From positions 1 through 19,254 of the IMG/VR virus record IMGVR_UViG_3300045988_028806: 19,254 bases of DNA; one strand, 5' to 3'. Source of the DNA: a virus. This document shows positions 5,698 through 13,054 of this stretch, piece after piece. The notes beneath the pieces are model-generated. The model made no database searches and was not told the DNA's origin. It worked only from the letters and a program-made list of their open reading frames with translations. Made by a program: the position numbers and the translations under genes. The number at the start of each line of letters is the position of its first letter. Within the stretch, counting starts at the first letter, position 1.

Positions 5698-6039
5698 ATG
5701 GACGACACTGAAAATGATGACAAGCCGGACACCACGCCCGATGTTGAGCCGAACGCGACCGCCGACGACAATACGCCGAACCCGGAGCCTGAAACGCAGG
5801 GCGACAACGAACCCGAAGATGCGGGCGACGACAAGAACGCCGACATGGCCGACCGTATCAGCGCATTGGAGGCAACCGTGGCGGAACTGTCCAAAACCGT
5901 CGAAGCGATGCGCGACGCAGCCGCCGACCACGTGCTAAACGACGGCCCAGACGACAATGCGACGCCGGAATCGGCTGAAATGACCGACGACGACTATAAC
6001 GGAACCTACAGTACGTTCGACGACCTATACGAAGACTGA
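5698..6039 (+). CDS. Scaffolding protein candidate (113 aa, extremely acidic, central coiled coil)
   Basis: ATG 5698 with SD AAGAGG 5 nt upstream. It lies directly upstream of the capsid gene, as phi29 gp7 does. D/E-rich, with the helical segment ADRISALEATVAELSKTVEAMRDAAA. Confidence 0.6.
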   Translation: MDDTENDDKPDTTPDVEPNATADDNTPNPEPETQGDNEPEDAGDDKNADMADRISALEATVAELSKTVEAMRDAAADHVLNDGPDDNATPESAEMTDDDYNGTYSTFDDLYED

Positions 6040-6061
6040 TAATCAGAAAGGGAAAGATATC

Positions 6062-6964
6062 ATGCCTACTACCCCGGTGGTGACGCCGAAGCAGCAGCTT
6101 CGACCGCTCACCGAATTCAACAACGCCCAGATTCTCAACATGATTCGTAACGAGGCGTCGCCAGAGTACCAGAGGCGAATGCCCTCAGCCACTCAGATGA
6201 ATATGGACAGGCAGATGGCTACGCTTATGTCGTCCACCCAGCTTAAGAATGAGTTTTACGCCGCATTGGTGAACCGTATCGGCGGCACTTATGTGAACAC
6301 GTGGCGTTGGAATAATCCGCTCAGTGTTTTCCAGCGTGCATCGCAGGCGTATGGCGACACGTGGCAGGAAATCGCCGTGGGAATGCCGCTTGCGCAGGTC
6401 TATGACCCTAATGCGGAATACCTCGGCGCGGATAACTTCCGCAAGTGGAAAATCGACGTGGATTCGCTCTATCACCGTCTGGACTTTGCGCACTGGTATC
6501 CCGCGACCACGGACGACAAGACGCTTCAGCGTGCCTTCACTTCCGAAAACGGTCTGGCCTCGCTCACTTCGCAGATTCTCACATCCTGTTACAATGCGGC
6601 TGAAGTTGACCTTTTCGAGTCTTTGTGCCACCAGTTCGTTGAATATGCGAAACTCGGTGGTTATTGGCGCGTCCACATGGACAACGACCTGAACAACATG
6701 GGTACGCCCGTGACATGTTGCGTCAGATTCGCGCGTGGGCCGACACGCTTAAATTCGTTTCGACCAAGTACAACGCGCGACACATGCCGACCTTCGCACG
6801 TCCAGACGAACTCGTTTTATTCTGCTCGCCGGAAGTCAAGTCGGCGCTTGACGTGCAGGGCCTCGCGACCGTCTTCCAGCGTACGGACGCCGAACCGACC
6901 ATTGACCGGATTATCGTCATTCCACAAGACAGGTTCGGCATGGATGGCGTGCAAGCCATCCTGA
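6062..6964 (+). CDS. Major capsid protein, N-terminal part (phi29 gp8-like); meaningful only to about 6709, R/S-rich out-of-frame tail after that
   Basis: By-eye matches to phi29 gp8: NEFYAALVNRIG vs NDFITSLVDRIG; NNPLSVFQRA vs NNPLKKFKKG; ILTSCYNAAEVDLFE vs IINAIYNSAEVDEYE. After ..DNDLNNMGT the translation turns into junk. Confidence 0.85.
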   Translation: MPTTPVVTPKQQLRPLTEFNNAQILNMIRNEASPEYQRRMPSATQMNMDRQMATLMSSTQLKNEFYAALVNRIGGTYVNTWRWNNPLSVFQRASQAYGDTWQEIAVGMPLAQVYDPNAEYLGADNFRKWKIDVDSLYHRLDFAHWYPATTDDKTLQRAFTSENGLASLTSQILTSCYNAAEVDLFESLCHQFVEYAKLGGYWRVHMDNDLNNMGTPVTCCVRFARGPTRLNSFRPSTTRDTCRPSHVQTNSFYSARRKSSRRLTCRASRPSSSVRTPNRPLTGLSSFHKTGSAWMACKPS

Positions 6965-7788
6965 CCACCGACAAGTTCCTGATTGACATCCCGGTCATCA
7001 ACGAAATGACCCAGCAGACCAATCCGGTCAACATCAACTCGGTTAACCACTATCTGCACGTGCAGCACATCATCTCAGTGTCCGGCTTCGCCCCGGCAGT
7101 GATGTTCTGGACTGGTGCGGCGTCCACTGCGAAGACGGTGGCACCTACCGGCACGACAGCCAAGACACCGACGTTCCAACTCAAACTCGCGATGTACGGC
7201 GGTGGCACGTCCACCCCGTCGAATGTGGCGCGTGGCGGAGCGGTGCAGGTCATTGCCGACACGTCCATCACTAACGACGGTACGGCTACGTTCCGCTCGG
7301 ATGCGGTCGAATATCGCATCGGCGACACTGCCAAGCCGAAGAGCGATTACACGTATGTCTCGCCTACCGGCGTGCTCGTGGTCGGCCTTGACGAACCGAA
7401 CACCACCATCCCGGTAACGGCGACCGCCTTGTACACGAATCCGGCGACGCCGGAGGTGCCGGGCACTGTATCCGCGGCTCTGGACGTGCCAGTGGTGGGT
7501 GACGGTGTTATCGGATTCAACCCGTCGATTATCGCATCCATCGCTGTGACCGTTCCGGGCGTGACTGTTGGGCATGTGGCGCAGGCGACCGCCGTGGCGA
7601 CCATGATTGACGGGCGTACCGCCGACGTGACCGCACAGGCCGCATGGACAGCCGGCACTTCGGCGAACGCCACCGTGTCCGAGTCCGGTGTGGTGACTGG
7701 CGTCAAGGCGGGCAGCTCTGACATCACCGCCACGCTGTTCGGTGTGTCTGGAAAAGAGAGCGTGACCGTGACTGCCGCCGCCGCGTGA
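6664..7788 (+). CDS. Major capsid protein, C-terminal part (gp8-like core continues from about 6706) with Ig-like (Big_2-type) C-terminal domains
   Basis: [17 protein letters not shown] vs phi29 [41 protein letters not shown] vs [48 protein letters not shown] vs [20 protein letters not shown]. The C-terminus ..[29 protein letters not shown] is a typical Big_2 signature. Confidence 0.85.
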   Translation: [374 protein letters not shown]

Positions 7789-7794
7789 TATAAT
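7786..7794 (+). promoter_or_regulatory. Consensus extended -10 promoter TGATATAAT overlapping the capsid stop codon
   Basis: Exact TGnTATAAT, with its TG supplied by the TGA stop (7786-7788). Same arrangement as at 5502-5510. Confidence 0.45.
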
Positions 7795-7840
7795 GAGAAG
7801 GTAGCCGGTTGGCTACTCTCTCTCACGGTGTGATGCAGGA

Positions 7841-7881
7841 CAAGGCCCGGAGCATAATCCACGTGATTGCTCCGGGCCTTG
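7841..7881 (+). terminator. Perfect 13-bp GC-rich hairpin after the capsid gene (U-tract-less terminator, attenuator or RNA stabiliser)
   Basis: CAAGGCCCGGAGC (7841-7853) pairs with GCTCCGGGCCTTG (7869-7881). The stem extends inside the loop through AATC/GATT (7856-7859/7865-7868). A smaller hairpin GTAGCC-GGTT-GGCTAC lies at 7801-7816. Confidence 0.5.
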
Positions 7882-7899
7882 CCATACCGGAGGATGATG

Positions 7900-10227
7900 A
7901 TGATTGACGACGCGAATCCTTATGTGGAGTCTAATTTTTCTTGGGCGGAATGGACGCCAAACACGACACTGAAACTTTGCCGCGTACCGTGGGATGCTTC
8001 ATATCGCGATATTGTGCGGTTTGTTTCACGTGAAACGCAGCAAGAATGGTTTGATAAATTGGATGGCGTGGAATGCAGGCCGGCCACCATGCATATTTTC
8101 AACGCGCCCGCCCGCGTCGAACTGCCGTTCAACGAGGCGTCGAATTGGAATTATTTGATTGCCTATAACGATTATCCCGGTTTGGAGGGGCCGCGCGCAT
8201 GGTATTATTTTGTCCAGCGCGTCGAATACATCAACGCCCATTGCACGCAATTGGTTTTGATGCTGGACGTGTGGCAGAGTTTCCAGCATGACGTTACATT
8301 CGGCAGCTGCTATGTGACGCGCGGGCATATCGGCGTCGCCAACGAACATCAGTGGAACGACTTCGGGCGCACCTATTTGGCACTCCCGGAGGGTTTGGAT
8401 ACTGGCAGTGAGATGGTCACGACATCACAGGAGTATCGAAGCATTATCGAAGGCCAACATTATGATATGGACGGTGGAGGCGTTGACTGGGTTGATTACG
8501 GGCTGATTGTGGTCAGCACGACAAATCTCACCGACGACCCCGGCAACACTTCCACCCCGAAATTAACCACCGCGACCGGTGCTATCTTCGAGCAGGAGAC
8601 GGACGGCTGTTCCGTCTATTATTGTGAGAATCGAATGGCGTATGTCGCCAACATCATGGCCCTTGGCACGCTGTTTCCGTGGGTGACGCAAGGCATTTGC
8701 GCAGTGTACATGGTGCCGAAGATTCCACGGGATTATGTGAGTCGATATGGGCATAGGGTTACGGAGATTTACGGACAGCCAGTGTCAGAGGAATATGGGA
8801 ACATTTATTCTTTCAACTCCTCTCTTGATTCGGATTTGCGCTATGAAGACGTTATGGCCATTGCGAACTTTCGTGACAAATTCAATATCCCTACCCGCTA
8901 CCGGAATCTGCGCAAACTCTACTGTTATCCGTATTGCGTTGTTGAATGTGGCTGCCTGAACGGCACTGTTATCACTTATCGGCCTGAAGATATTCAATCC
9001 GACACACTTACCATTCGCGAAACCTACACTTACGCGCCAAGTGGCGCGAGAATCAATTTTTACGTTCCCGGCTATAATGAAGCCGGGGCGGGCACTACGG
9101 TTCCGCTGAGCATCAACGGCAAAGATATGGGACTGCCGATAGACGGTGGTGAAATGCTTAACGCCAGTTTCGGCATCACCAATCTGCCTCATTTTTCAGT
9201 GGTCAACAATGGGGGCGCGTTGGCGATGGCGAACAGTGCGTACACTCGCGCCTATGCGCAGGAATCGGCTCAATGGACTAGGCAGAAGGCTTTGACTTCG
9301 GCAAACGTAGCCAACTCCAATGCTGCACTACAGCGCGAATACGCCGCACGGCAAACCAATTGGGCAAACGAAAACAGGACTGCAACCAATGCCATCACGG
9401 CGAACTCGCTCAATCAGTCTCTTGCCATCGGGCAGAATCAAACCAGTCAGATGGCTAATCTCCAAGTGGAGCAGAATATCAAGAGCAACAATCTCAATGG
9501 TATGGCCGGTATCATTGGCGGAGGGTTGAACGCCGTCGCATCCCGCAGCCCTCTAGGCGCGGTGAACGCGGTTGGCGGCGCGTTCCTCGGCTCCGCACGG
9601 ACGGATATCGCCAATTACGGCGTCAATTCGTCGGCTGCTGTCTCCAATTCCACAGCGGCGGCGAATACGGCGAATCAGATTGCCACCAATGCGGCGGCTA
9701 CATCGCAGGCCAACGCCTACGCAAGCGGAGCGACTGGACTGAACAATCAGCTGAACGCCGTCGTGTCGCAGGCGAATTACGGACTGGCCTCATATGCGGC
9801 TCAAGGCGACTACCAGAGCGCCATCGCCGGGATTAACGCTCAGGTGCAGCAGATGCAACTAACTCCGCCAACCACTTCGGGGGCGCTCGGTGGTGACATG
9901 TTCAACTTATCGAACGGCATAATGGGCGTGCTGGTGAGGTTTAAGACGTGTGCGCCGAGCGCGTTAAGGGCCGCAGGTGAGTACATGTTGCGCTACGGGT
10001 ATTTTGTGCAACGATTCTTGACACCTCCCGCTTCGCTGGAATGCATGGATAAATTCTCGTTCTGGCAGATGCAGGAGGCGTATGTGAAGGGCGCGTTGCC
10101 GGAAGAATACCGCTTGACCATCAAAGGCATGTTTGAACGTGGTGTGACGGTTTGGAACAAGCCCGAGTATATCGGTGTGACCGACTGGGCGGACAATAGG
10201 CCGATTCCGGGCATTGGTTACGAGTGA
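7900..10227 (+). CDS. Tail knob protein, phi29 gp9-like (775 aa)
   Basis: By-eye matches to phi29 gp9: [29 protein letters not shown] vs [40 protein letters not shown] vs [26 protein letters not shown] vs [25 protein letters not shown] / GVTVWNKPE vs KYGYKINR / GITLWHTD. Three in-frame ATGs (7894, 7897, 7900) follow GGAGG 7889-7893, and 7900 has the best spacing. Confidence 0.9.
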   Translation: [775 protein letters not shown]

Positions 10228-10233
10228 TATGAT
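10225..10233 (+). promoter_or_regulatory. Extended -10 candidate TGATATGAT, 6 nt before the portal ATG (leaderless mRNA candidate)
   Basis: TATGAT hexamer at 10228-10233, spacer GGCGAT, ATG at 10240. No SD precedes the portal gene. Confidence 0.4.
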
Positions 10234-10239
10234 GGCGAT

Positions 10240-11190
10240 ATGAGTAGGTCTAAAAAGAACCGAGTTGGCGGCGCGTTGCACCCACGCGGCAATTACGCGA
10301 AAACACGCGCCGTCACGCTTGATGACATGTATCTTCATTTGCTGATGGAACTCGCATTGAACCGTTTCAGTTGGCGCGGATTACCGCCCACTGTGGACGA
10401 ACGTTGGTTGGAAATATGCCTGTGCGAATATGGTTGCGCGTTGTTTTTCGAAGACAAGCGTATCGGCAGGTTCCTCGTAACGCAGGCGGGCTATCAAGGT
10501 AAGTTGAATGTGTACAATAATCCGACACGTTTCGAGCCGGTAGGAGTCAATTACCACTACAGGCAGCTTAAGGCCGGTTCGGAATGTATTCCAATTTGGG
10601 ATAATCGAATGCGCGTCGGATTCAAGCCGACATTATGGCAGTACGCGCGACGCCTCGCTGACATTGACAAGGCGTATGACGTGAACTTGGAGAGCTTGAA
10701 GCTGCCGACAATCATCACGGCCGACCCTCGCACCAAGCTCACCGTTCAAAACATGCTCCAGCAACGTCAGGACGGTCAGGATTATATTATCGGATACGAC
10801 TCGCTTGACCCCGGTAGCTCGTTCCAACCGTGGCCTAATACGACCCCCTATCTTTTGGACAAGTTCGTTCAGCAAAAAACGCAGGTGACTAATGAGGTGT
10901 TGGGGTATCTCGGCATTCAGTCGTCCGGCACAGAGAAAAAGGAACGGCTCATCTCCGATGAGGTGGCACAAGCCAATGAGAAAGTCGACGTGTTCCGGCT
11001 GAGTTTTCTTAAGGCGCGGCAGGCTGCGGCGACTGAGATTAACCGATTGTGGCCGCAGCTGAACGTGTGGGTCGAGTATGCGGACGCGCAAAGCTCCGGC
11101 GTGCCCAACGCACTTGACGCTAGCGCTTCGGGTACGACGGATATTGACATGCCCGCCTCTTATGACGCGGGTATCGGAGGTGTATTGTAA
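10240..11190 (+). CDS. Portal / upper collar connector, phi29 gp10-like (316 aa)
   Basis: By-eye matches to phi29 gp10: [16 protein letters not shown] vs [37 protein letters not shown] vs [32 protein letters not shown] vs EKKERMVTDEV. Similar length (316 vs 309 aa). Confidence 0.92.
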   Translation: [316 protein letters not shown]

Positions 11191-11984
11191 TGGTACAGGA
11201 TTTTAGCGCCTACGCGATGATGACGCCGGGGGAGTACACCGAAACCCTCGGCAATCTTATCGCATTAGGCTACGATACGGACGACAAGCTGCATCTCAGC
11301 GCCGACTATTACCCGATTTACGATGAGGGCCATCGCGCAGAGTTGAATGAGAAGATTATCCGCCATTACGCACTTAGGGAGATAGGACAGGAAACCGCGC
11401 AACAATTCGTTTTCTACTTGGGCATGACGATGGCGGAAATCATGCCTTATTTTAACGAGCGCTATCGGACGCTGGACTTGGAATATAATCCGCTGGATTC
11501 CATGGACATGACGACGGACAGTGAGAGCGGCAGCGAATCCCAGTCGTCCGGCGAAGCGTCCAGCACGCAGGACTCCACCGGCAGCAGTACCAGCAAGTCG
11601 GACAATTCCAGTACCACCACGTCAAAGAGCTTCGATAGTGACGTGCCGCAGACTGGCGTCGTGGGCGACTTCGCACGCTACGCGAGCCATGCCAACGAGT
11701 CGCAGGCGGACAGCTCGGGCACGGCGTCCAGTTCGCAGGATTCGACCAGTCACACCACCGCCCAAAGTGCCACCGACTATCAGCACGATTCGAGCAATTC
11801 CAAGGGCAAGAGTCATGTGACAGGGCGCAGCCAGTCGGCCATGAGCCTGATTCAGGAATACCGGAACGCCATTATCAATGTGGACATGGAAATCGTACGG
11901 AGTCTCGAACCATGCTTCATGCAAGTATGGGGTTCGTATGATACAATATTCAGCAACTGCCATAACTATGGAGAATGGGAGTAA
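11190..11984 (+). CDS. Lower collar protein candidate (264 aa) with a central S/T/D/Q-rich low-complexity insert
   Basis: The start overlaps the portal stop (TAATG), with GGAGG upstream. It follows the portal gene, as phi29 gene 11 does. The motif YPIYDEGHRAELNEKIIRHYALREIGQET..MAEIMPYFNERY matches my memory of lower-collar family proteins, but I have not verified this. Confidence 0.6.
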   Translation: MVQDFSAYAMMTPGEYTETLGNLIALGYDTDDKLHLSADYYPIYDEGHRAELNEKIIRHYALREIGQETAQQFVFYLGMTMAEIMPYFNERYRTLDLEYNPLDSMDMTTDSESGSESQSSGEASSTQDSTGSSTSKSDNSSTTTSKSFDSDVPQTGVVGDFARYASHANESQADSSGTASSSQDSTSHTTAQSATDYQHDSSNSKGKSHVTGRSQSAMSLIQEYRNAIINVDMEIVRSLEPCFMQVWGSYDTIFSNCHNYGEWE

Positions 11985-11986
11985 TC

Positions 11987-12622
11987 ATGGTTGCCATTAA
12001 CTCACTCATTCCGAGGCAACGGCTGTTCGATGGGGTGCCCACGTCCGTTCCGTTCACCTATCGGGACGGATTGACTACACTCCAATTAATTGAATGCTTG
12101 CGACACAATCTCGATATCCTCCAATGCGATCTGAGCAAGCTGGAGAAGACCACCACCGACCTCGCGGCATCTATGGACAAGGCCCTTGCGGATACCGTCG
12201 CACAGCTGAACAAGGAGATGGCCGCGTTGCGTGCGGAATTGCTCGCGCTGATTCACCAGATGGAGCAGCAGGGCGTGGCGACCTCCCCAGTGTACGGCAT
12301 CACACAACCACTCGGAGACGTACTGGGCGGCATGTATGATAATTCGCGCAATCATGGGCTGTTCTGGGGGGATTATGACGGCATGCGACTGACCGCGCAG
12401 GAATACGACGGGCTTACCCTCGGCGCACGCGAGTACGATTTGCGTGCCACCGCCGTGGACAATTGCGTGCCCGGCGACTTTCCGGGCCGCTCGCAGTTCC
12501 CCTACGGGGGGAGCATGCCCGAGAACCCACCCGCCGACATGTCGTTTATCACGCAGGCGGAAGCCGATGCGCGATATATCGAACGCAACCCAACCGCAGA
12601 CAATTTCGACAAGAAAGGATAA
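11987..12622 (+). CDS. Structural protein of unknown role (211 aa) with a central coiled coil
   Basis: ATG 11987 has GGGAG 5 nt upstream. The heptad-like segment LSKLEKTTTDLAASMDKALADTVAQLNKEMAALRAELLALIHQMEQQ is present. It lies between the collar and fibre genes. Confidence 0.6.
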   Translation: MVAINSLIPRQRLFDGVPTSVPFTYRDGLTTLQLIECLRHNLDILQCDLSKLEKTTTDLAASMDKALADTVAQLNKEMAALRAELLALIHQMEQQGVATSPVYGITQPLGDVLGGMYDNSRNHGLFWGDYDGMRLTAQEYDGLTLGAREYDLRATAVDNCVPGDFPGRSQFPYGGSMPENPPADMSFITQAEADARYIERNPTADNFDKKG

Positions 12623-12627
12623 TTCCC

Positions 12628-12930
12628 ATGACTGCAAGCAAACATACTGCAAATTATAATCTGAGCCAGTTCGCCGGTACCGACAGGCCCACGTGGCTCG
12701 GAGACTACAACGCCGACATGACGAAGATTGACGCCCAGCTGAAGAAGAACGCGGACGCCATCGCATCTGCCGAGGGCGGGCTTACGACAGTATCGCACAC
12801 CGGCGACCTCACCGGCACCGGTACGTCCACCTCTCCACTTGGAGTCGCAGGCACCATCGCCCGAGTCTCGCAAATCCCTGACGTGAGCGGATTCGCCACC
12901 ACCTCCGCCCTCACTTGCGGGCAAGGTTGA
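12628..12930 (+). CDS. Short tail-fibre-like protein sharing its N-terminal anchor with the 13055 gene; frame broken at its 3' end
   Basis: ATG 12628 with AAAGGA 8 nt upstream. KHTANYNLSQFAGTDRPTWLGDYNADMTKIDAQ parallels QHTGHYNLPTFGDNPNDRPSWRGDFTDAMTKIDNQ in the next fibre. The ORF-track start 12463 overlaps the previous gene. Confidence 0.65.
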   Translation: MTASKHTANYNLSQFAGTDRPTWLGDYNADMTKIDAQLKKNADAIASAEGGLTTVSHTGDLTGTGTSTSPLGVAGTIARVSQIPDVSGFATTSALTCGQG

Positions 12931-13036
12931 TAAAGCCGCTCAGCAGCCCACCACGCTCGGATTGACGGCGACCGAACTTGATTCGATGTACAAGGACGCG
13001 CACGGCATCGTTCGCGTTGGTAGAGCTAAAGATTAA
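12887..13036 (+). pseudogene. Apparent 3' continuation of the short fibre gene in the +1 frame (no start codon of its own)
   Basis: Hand translation of frame 2 from 12887 reads ..SLAGKVDKAAQQPTTLGLTATELDSMYKDAHGIVRVGRAKD* with stop at 13034-13036. This is protein-like sequence that fills the otherwise unexplained 124-nt gap. Confidence 0.45.
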
Positions 13037-13054
13037 AAAAAGAGGAGGACAACA

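Noticed and set aside
6185-7862. Long - strand and alternative-frame ORFs inside the capsid gene (6185-6676, 6723-7037, 7075-7575, 7347-7862, 7115-7417)
   Set aside because: These are shadow ORFs typical of GC-rich coding DNA. Their products are R/G/P/S-rich and they overlap a gene with clear phi29 gp8 similarity.
12086-12766. 226-aa - strand ORF, and the + strand 12463 start for the short fibre gene
   Set aside because: The antisense shadow ORF has an Arg/Cys/Ser-rich product. The 12463 start would overlap the preceding gene by 160 nt in another frame, whereas ATG 12628 has an SD and begins the conserved fibre anchor motif.
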